From positions 62,001-126,000 of the forward strand of contig OZ287082.1 of the NCBI GenBank assembly GCA_965645245.1: DNA of 64,000 bases. The letters run 5' to 3'. Shown in pieces: positions 35,607 to 47,577 of this stretch. A program made the position numbers and the translations under genes. Under the pieces are notes generated by a model, which saw nothing but the letters and a program-made list of their open reading frames with translations, searched no databases and was not told where the DNA came from. This stretch comes from Massalongia carnosa. Its lineage: Eukaryota. Numbering within the stretch: position 1 is the stretch's first letter; every line of letters starts with the position of its first letter.

Positions 35607-38600
35607 ATGTCTCTTCCTGAAATCAACAGTTCCACAGAAAAGCCTCACCTTCTAGAGAACTCGGAACACTACTCAGCATGGGCTAGTTACACCAGAGGTA
35701 TTCTGCTGAAGAATAACTGTGACACAGCCATTCTGGAAACCCAACCAGAGATCTCATTGGACTCCATCAGAGAGAGCCTCATCGTATCAGGGTTTACTCC
35801 GGCCAGTCTTACTACCAGCATCCTCGTCAAAGAACTTCGGGATGATAAGAACAGACAGAAAACCGAGATGACCAAGGCTATTGGAATCATCCATGGACTG
35901 GTTGCACCATGTCACTACAACCTCATCAATAACAAGACCGCTGCCGAGATGTGGGCCATTCTGAAGAATAGGTTCCAGGACGTGGCACCAATGAGCATCA
36001 CGGATGTCATCTTGAGGGTTAGTACGAAAAATATGAGAGACTTCGACACAGTCAGTCAATACTGTTCAGAGTATGACGGTGCCTTCAATCAGATCAAGGG
36101 CATGTTGATCGAAGAGGTCACGGTGAACGTCGACTCCATAGAGTTTGTACTTCAGGGAATGCTGCTGGGTAACTGCACAGACAAGTATGACCCGCTCATT
36201 GCACAACTCCGCAGGGACTAGACGCACGACACCACAAACCTTTCGGAAACAACAAAAATCCTCATAGCCTATGCACGAAACCTAACTGTCAAGGCTTTTC
36301 ACACTGGCGCTTGCAACAGAGGTAGAGCACCTATCGGAAGTTGCACCGTTCCAGAGTGTGTAAATAGGAACAGAACACGACATTGGCCAGATGATTGTTT
36401 CCAGAAATTCCCCCATCTAAAACGGGCGAGAGGAGACACGGCTGAATCAGGGAGGGTCAGGAGACAAAAGAACTCCAATCCAGAAGTCACCACGTCAACT
36501 CCAGACACCACAGTCACTACAACTCCCACAGTGAGCAGTTGACTCACAGTGGTCATGACTACCACTCTACAGAAGGTCATGACCATCAACCATCTCAACA
36601 GAGACACCTGGCTACTAGACAGCGCAGCGGACATGCACGTATGCAATCACAGGCCGTCGTTCATCAACTACATAACACGCTCCACAGGTCTGGCAGGATC
36701 TACATCAGATGGCACGTCTCCAGGGAGGGGAATGATCCGGAAAACGTTGGCACTACAGGACGACTCACCCTCGTCAGTGTTAATACTGAACAACGTTCTT
36801 TTCATTCCACAGTGTCCAGTGAACCTCGTCCGTCTGGCACTACTCAACCAAAACAACATCTACTATGACAATGTTAACTGGACCCTATTCAACGGGATTA
36901 GTCAGAACATCATAGGCTATGTGCCAAGAGTCAATACAAACTTTGTACTAAAGACCATGGACGCCCCAGACGTGGCTACACATCTTATGCAGACAGATGA
37001 GGGCACCTTTCAGTGGCCGAACACATCAGTCTACCACACGTCAGCCATAACAGACCTGTCAACATGGCATGCGCGTCTTGGTCATTTAAACCTGATCACC
37101 TGCCGAGCTTTTCTGAAAAGACTCGATGTGTCGTACTCAGACAACGTGAACAAAGATTGGTACTGTTCATCCTGTGAACTCGGAAAGGCCACTAAGATAT
37201 ACAACCGGACACCTCAGGAGAGAGCAACAGGCATCTTTCAAAGGGTTCATTCCGATCTAGTAGGACCCATCAAACCAGCAGGACTTCTTGAAGAACAGTA
37301 CTTCCTTACCTTCACCTGCGATGCCAGCAGATACACTCATGTGTATACAGGCATCAAGAAGAGCGAATGGTTTGATCATCTGTTGACATACTACAGTCTA
37401 GCTCAGAACAAGACAGGAAAGAGCAAGCCAATAAACATCTTTCGAACTGATTTCGGCACAGAACTTCGAAGTCTGAAATCGGATGATTGGTTCTTGAAAG
37501 AAGGGATAACGTTTGAACCCTCCGCACCGTATTCACAGGAACAAAACGGTGTGTCTGAACGAACAGGCAGAACTATCATGGACATGACTAGATGTACCAT
37601 CATTGCAGGAGGCATTCCGGACTACCTATGGACAGAGGTGGTTTTAGCTATGGTTAACACAAAAAACGTCAGACCTACAAATGCTTTATCCGGAAAGACC
37701 CCATTTGAAATTTACGAGTCAAAGTCACCTCCTCTGAATCATCTGCGAGTGTTGGGATCAACCGTGTATATCCTCATTCATGAGGAAGAACGCAAAGGCG
37801 CCAACAGCAAATCGGCCAATTTCTACCTCGGGCCCAACGCGGAGTCTTGTGTGGGTACGATGGATGCACGATCTATCGAGTCTTTCTGAAAAAGGACTAC
37901 AGGGTCATCAGGGTCAAAGATCTGCGCATTCACGAAGATGCCATCTCCAAAGACCAGACCAACGTTCCTACATACGAAGCCATCATGACTCCCGATATAG
38001 TCACTCCATCAAAATCAACAGTCATTTCATCCCCCACAACGATTCCAAAACGTGGACGTGGCAGACCCAGAAAGCATGCTCAGATAGAACACGCATTGTA
38101 TCTTCTATCAGACACAGCTTTAGATGAACTCAATCATACTCCTACATACTCCTACATAGACACAGAGGATCCACTCGTTCTTCTTGCCAGAACCTTGGAA
38201 AAAGGAAGGATCATCAGGATTGGAAGACTATGACGCACTGTCTCAACTCGACATAGCTGAACCTCAGACATACCATCAAGCTATGAAAGGTCCACATTCA
38301 GAAAGCTGGAGTCGTTCCATGGACAATGAACACAACAGTCTTCTCGAGAACGAAACATGGACTCTTGTCAGAACCGAAGATATGGAGCCCAATCATACTG
38401 CTCTCAGTGGAAAATGGGTATACAAACTGAAACGAGACGTCAATGGAAATATCACACGGTACAAATCCAGATGGGTGGTGAAAGGCTATCTCCAGCAGTA
38501 CGGAGTAGATTTCGAACAGACCTATGCCTCCGTAGTGAAACCAATGGCCTTCCGATTATTGTTTGCCATAGCAGCTCATCATGACTTGGACATCGAACAG

Positions 38601-39845
38601 CTTGATGTCGTCACAGCATTCTTGTATGGGGTAATAGATCAACTGATTTACGTCCAAATGCCCAAAGGATATGAAAAAGCGGGCATGATCTGCAAACTGA
38701 ACAAGGCTCTCTATGGCCTGAAACAATCTCCACGCCTATGGTATGAAAGGCTATCCGAATTTCTACTTACCAAGCTGGGTCTGTCCAAACTTCACGCAGA
38801 TCATAGTATCTTCTCTTCTTCGGCAGGAATAAGAGGTCCAATTGTTACCTCCTTCGTTGATGATCTGAACATCATAGATCCAAAGGGATCTCCAATGATA
38901 TCTGAAGTCAAGAAACAACTGAACATTGCGTTCAAGATGGTGGACATGGGCTCAATCAGTCATTATCTAGGCCTAAAGGTAGAACGAAATCGCGATAACA
39001 GAACAATCAAACTATCTCAATCTACCTACATCGAAAAGGTCCTGGAGAAGTTTCATATGCAGAACGTGAAAACTACCACCACCCCAATGAAAGAAGGCAG
39101 TCTATTCAGAAATGAATCCCAGGCCTCAGAATCAGACATTAAACAGTATCAAGCAATCGTCGGCTCCATCATGTTTGCTATGATAGAAACAAGGCCTGAC
39201 ATTGCCTACGCGACCTCAGCGGTCAGCCGACATGCCAAAAATCCTGGCAAATCACACATGGAGGCAGCCAAGCAGATTCTCAGATATCTCAGTGCAACCA
39301 GAAACAGAGGCATTACCTTTGGTGGCGGAGATTTTTCTATACAGGGCTATTCCGATTCTGATTGGGCCGGTGACAAGGAAGACCGCAAGTCCACCTCCGG
39401 ATACGTCTTCATGCTGAACAATGGACCGATCAGTTGGGCCTCAAAAAGACAGAAAACCGTTGCCCTCTCATCCACAGAAGCCGAATATATGGCACTCACC
39501 TTAGCTGCTAAGGAGACCATATGGATACGCTTATTGATGACAGAACTCGGCCTGATGCAGGATGATGCTACTCCGACAGTGAATGTACTTGAAAGGGAAG
39601 GCGCTATAGCATTGAAAGGTGATAATCAGAGTGCTATAGCACTGGCCAATAATCCCGTCTTACATTCAAGGACTAAGCACATCGACATTCAGCATCACTT
39701 CATACGGAATGAGGTCACAGAGGGTCGAATAGACCTTACCTATGTTTCAACAGAACACATGGTAGCGGACGGACTGACCAAACCGCTTACCCACGTCAAA
39801 TTCTTCTCCTTCATCAGACAACTTCACATGAATTCATCTAGTTGA
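35607..39845 (+). pseudogene. Copia gag-pol; in-frame stops at 36219 and 36540, frameshifts near 37820 and 38200
   Basis: WLLDSAADMH, WHARLGH, FRTDFGTE, EQNGVSER, YKSRWVVKG, FVDDL, YSDSDWAG, ADGLTKPL. Confidence 0.93.
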
Positions 39846-41564
39846 GTTCATACCCCGCAGCGCGGTTTTGATCATCAGAACAAGTACTGGCAGAACTTGA
39901 GGGAGGGTGTTGAATGTTCAACTTCTACCAGCATTGCCTAGCCGATAGATTAGATAAGATCAGATCTAATCTAATCCCATAGAGGCTCGGATAAACTATT
40001 ATCATCTCGCTTAGCAGAGGTGACCAATATAAAGGGAACAGATTGCTCTGCACTCCGTAGCAACTCTGCATCCTTAACATCATAGTAATACAGGCCCCTA
40101 TCTTTACATAGTCATATAGCCATAGTCATAGACCTATTCAAAAGTTGGTTCGATTAATGCAGTCCATTCGACTTCAAAAGAAAATTCTTGATTGAAATCT
40201 TCGGCTAAAAGTTTAGCTGCATATAACTCTCTAGATATGAGGTCAATAGCATGATGAGTTATTAAACCTATAAGGTCTTTGAACGCACTTTTATTTATTA
40301 GCCGGGGGCTGTTGATTCGTTATGATATTTCGTAATCAATCTGAACCCTTTGCACTGTTTCGCATATTTTCCGCACCGAGTCTTTAATAGATGTATGCCT
40401 ATTTGTCACATTTTTTACCAATGGATGCAAACCTTTCACCCTTTATGTGCTCTGTGCATCTAAATTAGAACTTTTTGGTTTATGCGGAAACAAACTGATA
40501 ATTTGCCTAGGTATACAACGTTCTCAGCTAGAGGAAGAGATAGTAAATGCACTTAATTATTTAGTATGGGAGGTGGCTTGTAGCTAGTCCTAATTTGGAA
40601 TGGTTTTCGCTGGGGGGACGGTAGGGGGACTGTCCCGTGTCTTCTCGAGAATTGCATAGTGAGGGAAAATAAATAGACCAATGCTTTTAATCACCGCTCT
40701 CTTTCGTCGTGGGGGTTTAATTAAACTTACTTCGAGAAGTAGATATCGAATTCATAACACCTTTCAACCTGTTATCAAAGACATCAATGTCAAGAAAATA
40801 ACTGCAAAGCGGAACGTGAAGTATCCAAAGCCTCTCTATGAAACAAAATTGAAAAGCAAATAGTCATGGAAGCTTGTTCCGAAAGGGTATAGAATTATGA
40901 CGCCAAAATATGTAAACTGTCAGTCAGAAGAGCAAAGATTGCTTCGACAGCTACGGGTAGAACTGTACTTAATAACAGGCAGGAACTTCAAAAGTGTAAG
41001 AATGAAGATAACAACGGGATATATAACGGTAGAATCATTCAAGACCAGTTTCAGAGACATTCTTGAAGCCGTTCCTTAGATATAGGTATTACATCAATAC
41101 TGAGCGGTTGATTTGATCCGTCTATACAAACGAAAATATACCTCTGAGCTTGTCACGCACGTGACGGAGCCGCGAAAAAGAATTTCAACGGCCAGTCTTA
41201 GACTTAATCCCGCGCGAATAAATAGTTCTAATGACGTACGTAACATTCAAACAAGTCCTGACTTACCGTTTCAAATCACAATCGAGGCGTCCAGAACAAG
41301 CAGAATTATTATAACGAATTCAAACATGCATTACAATATCCCAATCAATGTTTGTAGTGGGTGGAAGAGTTCAAGGATTGAATTCAAGCGGGATATATCG
41401 CCAATACAGAAAAGAAAATGTGACTAAATATGCGACGAATACACAAGTGAGGATATTTAAGGGGATTCTCGATGATACTATCTCCTTAAGAAGAAAGCAG
41501 ACGCTGATAGTATGCTGATAAGAGTGCAGGAGATAAGAGCTTGCAAGGCGAGTAAGGAAAACGC

Positions 41565-41914
41565 TATAGTGGGGTGGAGCGGTGATACTCTAAATTCAAA
41601 TTGCTAGCGGTTCGGGAGTTGGTTCTTTTCGGCTGATACTCGGTAAAGGTAGCGGGGAAGTCAGGTGACAGTCTTTCTTTTAGCTTAGTTATAGATAGTT
41701 CTTTTCCTTTTGGAGCAAGCATGCTCGTAGCAATAGCTACAACACATAGCATCAACACATACAGTTCACAGGCACGAGGCACGAGGCACGAGGCATACAG
41801 AGACCAGTCTAGCTATTGTCCTTATTCTATTGTTCTGTTCTTCTCTTGTTTGTTTGTTCTCTTGCACTCCTAGCAGTAGTGGACCACGCATACCATCCAG
41901 TTCATCCTTCCACA
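41565..41914 (-). mobile_element. Solo LTR family E
   Basis: Reverse complement of 15358-15713; 4-bp TSD ACGC. Confidence 0.9.
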
Positions 41915-42248
41915 ACGCGAGGTGAAGTAGATAGGTTTTACGGGTAATCAAGGTAGCAAGATCAAGAATTTCTTGCAGAGACTACGCATTAATGTAATAT
42001 AATAATTTGCCTTCTTATTATAAGTTTAAATAGAAAAGAGCTTGAATACTAAAGACGGGTATTTACAACGATGCTGATAAATTATCAATGTAACTTTTTA
42101 AAAAAGTGAGAATACTGGCTGCAGAGAAAGAGAGACTGCATTGTACAAACTAATTGATCGAACAATCGAAAAAATACCTGTGTGATTCTTATTCTGCGAA
42201 AAAAATGAGAAGATTCTACAAAGAGACCGCGATGAAGTTTATGTAACG

Positions 42249-42652
42249 TGTAACGGTTCGACCATGCGTGGTGGGGATGGCAGGACCGATAGCGAACATA
42301 GCAAGAGTCCCAGTTATAGTAGAATAGAGCTTGGTCTTCGGACTAAGTATTGTGCCTTTTGGTCGGGAAGGAAAGGTAGCGCAATGGTAGAAATCTATTC
42401 ACTATCTCGCTTCGTCACAGAATACTTAGTCATCAATCGGTGTACTAGTTGTTAGTTCGATTCCTGACCTGAGTTCCTCGCTTTTTAGCCTTGCTTCGAC
42501 GGACTGAAGCTAGGACGAAACGGGAAAGCGTCGGATGAAATCTCTCTCAGTCGGATCGGCGAGGGCCGTATGCTAAGAAGAGCCTATTTATCGGGGCTAA
42601 CTATAACTGGAAGCGGCTAGGGGCTAGCCGCAGCTAGACGGGCGGTGGTATA
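42249..42652 (+). mobile_element. TRIM-like mini LTR element copy 1 (LTR plus internal region; second LTR lost)
   Basis: Matches 44301-44700. Confidence 0.85.
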
Positions 42653-42769
42653 CTATGATCCCCGAGGGGTTTTTGTTAGCGCGGTACAAACAGCGGGAAA
42701 AACACGCTAATATTTCTACTAACGAGCTCAGCGCATCAGCATCAGCATTATTTTTAATCATCGTCAACT

Positions 42770-43844
42770 ATGGAGCCTGCTACTCCTAAAAAATAATGTG
42801 ATTTATCTAGAGATTAACGTCTTTAAGCTTTTATTTTGCGCGATATAGGATGGAGTTATGCATAAATTGCTGAGCATTTACAAATCACAATTCGTCAGGT
42901 CTAGTATGCATGCACCGTTGGTCGATTTACTCCACAAAAGAAATTTCGATGCGGACCTAAATCTTTAATTGATAACGCTTCTCGACAAATATTGATTGAA
43001 TTCGTTTGCGCTTCGTCAGAAAATAGCCGTATACCTTACTGTCAAATTGCCTGGAAACTCGGATGGAATGTTTCAGAGAATACTATACGAAAACCTCTTA
43101 AACATGAGGGTTTTTCTAGAAGACTAGCACGTCGAAAGCCTACCATTTCCTTAATTAATCGTGTTAAACGTCTTGAATGGGCTCGAGAGCATTTGAGTTG
43201 GAGCAAAGAGCAGTGGGAATCTATATTATGGAGTAATAAAACATGGGTAAATAGCACCCGCCATGGACGTATTTGGGTAACGAGACGAGCAGGTGAAAAA
43301 CTGCATCTAACCTGTGTCATTCCTCGTCTTCCGAGCAAGGGAGTATGGATGTTTTGGGGGTGTTTTTCAGCCAACAAAAAGGGACCTTGTTTATTTTAGG
43401 AAAAGGACAGGGGCAGCATTAATCAACAGTCATATTGTGAGCATATTATGCATTTCATTGAAGGCTGGATGAAGCTCAATCACGGACTTCATTTTATGCA
43501 AGACAATGCTTATTATAATCTACCTAGAGAAAAGTTATAGGGATACTAGAAACGACTACAATAAAGATAAAGAAGGAAAAAGACAATTGACAACCCGAAC
43601 CTGCTCTATATATCTACTATTGCTCTAGTACCCATGTAGTATTAGCGCGGTAGAATCTTCTAGTGACTGCAGGAACAAAAATCGAAGATGCGGGAAGCGT
43701 TCCATCTAATGTTTGCCCTAGGCGGTGCCGAGTTTATCCGAGTACCGAGGTCGAGCCGATTAGAATCGTGACAATGCTTCTAGTCATGCAGCTCGATTAT
43801 CTCGAGAGGAGTTTGAATATCGACGAATTTCATTCATTTAATTG
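42770..43844 (+). pseudogene. Tc1/mariner transposase with RIP-like stops, interrupted by a solo LTR
   Basis: ARRKP...RLEWAREH..WSKEQWESILWS, MFWGCF, GPCLF*EKD, MQDNA|SSHAA. Confidence 0.88.
43511..43773. mobile_element. Solo LTR inside the Tc1 QDNA motif
   Basis: TSD ATGCT; ends GTGACA; the transposase frame resumes after it. Confidence 0.82.
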
Positions 43845-44137
43845 TGTCATGGTGTGAACTGAACGCCTGAAGATTCATTGAACATCTATCTACGGTTTCC
43901 GTAGATGGACCATTAAGGTTTATCTCAGTTTCACGGACAAGCTCGAGTGTTGTCTTTTCCGTGCTCCTACAGTCTAACCATATTGAGCTTAGGATGTCAT
44001 TCAGGAGACATAGGAAATCTCTGCAAGCAAGTAATGCTTTTCTCTTCGTGTTTGTCTTGTCTAGCTATCATGTAGCATACTTCGCAATAAAAGACTGTTT
44101 GTAACATAGATAGGACCTCTTCATACCGACCGTGACA
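43845..44137. mobile_element. Probable solo LTR
   Basis: TGTCATGG...CCGTGACA inverted termini; no TSD. Confidence 0.6.
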
Positions 44138-44300
44138 ACAACGATTTTTCGTGTCGTTGAATCTATCGCGATAGATTTTCTCTTTAAAAAATTAACCACG
44201 ATTAATCACTGTTTTTCTTAAATTAATGTTAATGTGATTATAATATTCAACGAGATTTTTTTATCTTCTTTTCGTAATTTTATAGTTTATTTATCGAATC

Positions 44301-44870
44301 TGTAACGGTTCGACCATTCGTGGTGCGGACGGCAGGACCTATAGCGAACATAGCAGGAGTCCCAGTTATAGTAGAATAGAGCTTAGTCTACGGACTAAGT
44401 ATTGTGCTTTTGGTCGGGAAGGACAGGTGGCGCAATGGTAGAAATCTATTCACTATCTCGCTTCGTCATAGAATACTTAGTCATCAGTCGGTGTACTAGT
44501 CGTTAGTTCGATTCCTGACCTGAGTTCCTCGCTTTTTCGCATTGCTTCGACGGACTGAAGCTAAGACGAAACGGGAAAGCGTTGGATGAAAACTCTCTAA
44601 GTCGGATCGGCGAGGGCCGTACGCTAAGAAGAGCCCATTCTTCGGGGCTAACTATAACTGGAAGCGGCTAGGGGCTAGCCGCTGCTAGACGGGCGGTAGT
44701 GTAACGGTTCGACTATGCGTAGTGCGGACGGCACGACCTACAGCGAACATAGCAGGAGTCCCAGTTATAGTAGAGTAGAGCTTGGTCTGCGGACTAAGTA
44801 TTGTGCCTTTTGGTCGGGAAGGAAAGGTGGCGCAATAGTAGAAATCTATTCACTATCTCGCTTCGTCACA
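44301..44870 (+). mobile_element. Complete TRIM-like non-autonomous LTR element (570 bp)
   Basis: LTRs 44301-44470 and 44700-44870, 229-bp non-coding interior, TSD GAATC. Confidence 0.95.
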
Positions 44871-45439
44871 GAATCGTCTATTTTCGACTCATCTTATGCT
44901 TGCAGATGTCGATGCCAGAATAATTATTTCTGTAAGTACGTCTTAGATTAATAAATTATACTGGATCTAACTAAGATCTTATTACGATATATCGAAGACG
45001 AATCGTAACAAATTCGTACACAACTTTAGCAAAGGTAATCGCTCTGAAATCTGTTTTTTATCTTTGTCAAAGTCTTCATTCTCCTATGAAGAAAAGATAA
45101 CTCCTTAGAATTTTACAGGTTTTTTCTTCTATTCTGAAATTATTGAATTCAACTTATATATTTTTATTCCAAAATTTCACCGAAAGTCGAACAAATATTA
45201 ATAAAATAATAGAATTCTACACAATATATGCAAATTTTTTTATTCATATAATGAAAATATTTATTGATGTAATGTAATAACGTCGTTTAAAATAAACAAG
45301 TTCATTACGTTCGACTTGAAAACCGAATAACAAATAAAACGAAGAGCGAAAACAAATTTACTATATATAAATAAATTAAATGGAATATCAGGTAGGGAGG
45401 AGAGAAGACTACATGAAGGTGTGTTCTATTGAGATCTGT

Positions 45440-47400
45440 TGTAATAGGCTACGAGACCAGTGAGCTATTCACAAGCGACACTAATTGTCAAGGGACTAGA
45501 TTGGATTGTCAAGCTTTCTAATTGACTGAGTCTATAGCTACAGCTAGGCTAGATTGACTATTCAAGACGTCGGACAAGGAGCCAGAACTTTCGAGACTCG
45601 ACCCCTTCTTTTATGTCTGTTCCTCACCTCCTTACCCCTTTGTTTCCTTGATCTTCGATGTCTCCTATTGTAAGACGTATGCTTCTACTCAGAGGGCGTG
45701 TTGGTCACGTGAAGGGGGTAACTCAATAATGTATGTTATTGATCTATGCCCTTAGAATAAGGTGGGCATCGACCTCTTTATCCTACAGACGTGTCTCCCC
45801 CTAAGACTCCCTTATCGGATAGCCCCCAGCTATCTGATTGGTCCAAATGGCTCCCGGCCCCTTTGGGCGGTTAGTGCCATCCGACATGGGTTTCCAGCCG
45901 TCCCCCTCGCCAGCCGTCCCCCCTCGACGGCATGTGGCCGACAGCGGAATCAGCCCATTAGGGTCGGGCCGGGTTCGGCGGCCGAGTCCATGCTGATGCC
46001 CCTTTTCCGTATCCTTCTCCGTAGTCTCTATGGCAGGTCCTGACACCTATTCATCTCCTTTTCCTAAGTTAATACGAAGACACCTAATGGGGACCGGGTA
46101 ATTATGGTTTCGAAGATCGGAGGCGGAGCCGTACTCGATCTAACCGCATCGAGAAAGGTTGGAACAGCGCGCACTGACCAATGAAGCTGTGGTAGGTCTA
46201 ATGAACCTGCGGTAGGTCCAATGAACCCGCGGTAGGTCCAATAAACCAGCGGTAGTTCCAATGAACCTGCGATAGGTCCAATGAACCTGCCTTAGGTCCA
46301 ATGAACCCGCGGTAGCTCCAATGAACCTGCGGTACGGTAGGTAGGGACAGGATAGAGGGGGCAACTAGGGATAAGGCCGAGATCCTTTTAGTTCGAAGCC
46401 GTTTCATGACACTTATCTCGAAAGGGGAAATGCTCAGCGTGAGAGGTGGAAGATAGCTACTACATGCTAGTCTCCGAAAGTATACGTGATCCAAAGAACT
46501 AATGGATGTAGAAGTGCTTAGACCAAGAGATCTCGTCCGAGACCCAAACGTAGGTTGTTCATATAATAAAGACTAACTGCTAACGAATACTACAAGATTC
46601 GTTCTGATATTTATCCTACTCACCCCAAGCCTATAGCCTTGGGAGCCTTGGAACCTTTGGAGCCTTGCAAGCCTTGGGAGCCTTGCGAGCCTTACAGCCT
46701 TGCAATCCACAACCGACTTTATCGCATTATATCCAACCATCCCTCAGGATCCATCCACGAACTCGGCGTTCGCTGGATCATCTAGTCAGCCTCGAGTAGC
46801 CTTCTAGATCTTCCCTTGCAAGGTAGAACAATTCTACCCCCGGCTAGATCCCTCACTACATACCTCAGGCTATGTAGCTTCATTTCGCCGTCACCACTAC
46901 CTAGTGATGGAAGGTTACCTCCGACTGAGTACCTCGCTACACTGCGGACCTGCCTCTAGACACAAGGTCTAGATAACGAGGTCATGTAGGTTCATTCAGC
47001 CGACATCACTACCAACGTAGTAATAAAGGTTGAAGCTGAAGTTTATACCGGGGAGCCTAGCTCAAGCTGCGTCGAGCGAGCCGTACCTACTGCTACCTCT
47101 CTTGATCCATCAAGAGATCCAGTAGCTCCGAGTAGGCCAGTAGATCCCATATAGAGTTCCTTGGCGTCTCCACAGGAGTCTGCCTTACACTCCATGGCAA
47201 TCTACTACTACGGCCTCGACAGGTGTTTGATCTGTAAGTAGTCAAGAACGTGATAACAATAACTCCGAAGTTTCGGGGCAAGATAGCAGTGTGTCAGCCT
47301 CGACGGCTTATGCGACTTCGTACTACGGCATGGTCCACGCTAGTTAATCCCGCAACCGCCATAGGCGATCACGTATCCCTCTAGCGCTATCCGTATTACA
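45440..47400 (+). mobile_element. Nested solo LTRs: LTR-A containing a Gypsy-type LTR (45486-46411), which contains another LTR (45669-46045)
   Basis: TSDs TCTGT/TCTGT, CTAAT/CTTAT and CCTAT/CCTAT; all have TG...CA termini. Confidence 0.9.
46178..46335. repeat. 20-bp minisatellite, about 8 units
   Basis: ccaatgaacctgcggtaggt with period 20. Confidence 0.92.
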
Positions 47401-47577
47401 TCTGTCTACATGGCTATTACATACTGCTTAGCGCGCCAAGGCTCGCATGGCTGCGCTACTCCCGCAAAGGGGTTAGAGGATAATTTAACAAAATATATCA
47501 AAAATTTAATAAAATATATCAAAAGAAATGATATTCACAAAAAATATATCAGTTGTTAAAGTATCAATTCGAAACGT

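Larger units (their letters stand above)
33806..40143 (+). mobile_element. Full-length Ty1/Copia element
   Basis: LTRs 33806-34023 and 39908-40143, TSD GTTGG, PBS GGTTATGAGCCC at 34024, PPT GAGGGAGGG before 39908. Confidence 0.97.
32012..40647 (-). mobile_element. Internally deleted Mutator-like element (MULE) hosting a Copia insertion
   Basis: ~90-bp imperfect TIRs (32012-32099 and ~40548-40647) and perfect 9-bp TSD AGAATTGCA (32003-32011, 40648-40656); residual charged ORF 33039-33644. Confidence 0.85.

Noticed and set aside
40657..41560. Short ORFs between the MULE and LTR-E, and at 31560-32000
   Set aside because: No recognisable motifs or consistent frame; left unannotated
44478..44516. 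tRNA-like Pol III boxes in the TRIM interior (GTTCGATTCC)
   Set aside because: A B-box-like 10-mer is present, but the A-box match is weak, the spacing too short and there is no cloverleaf
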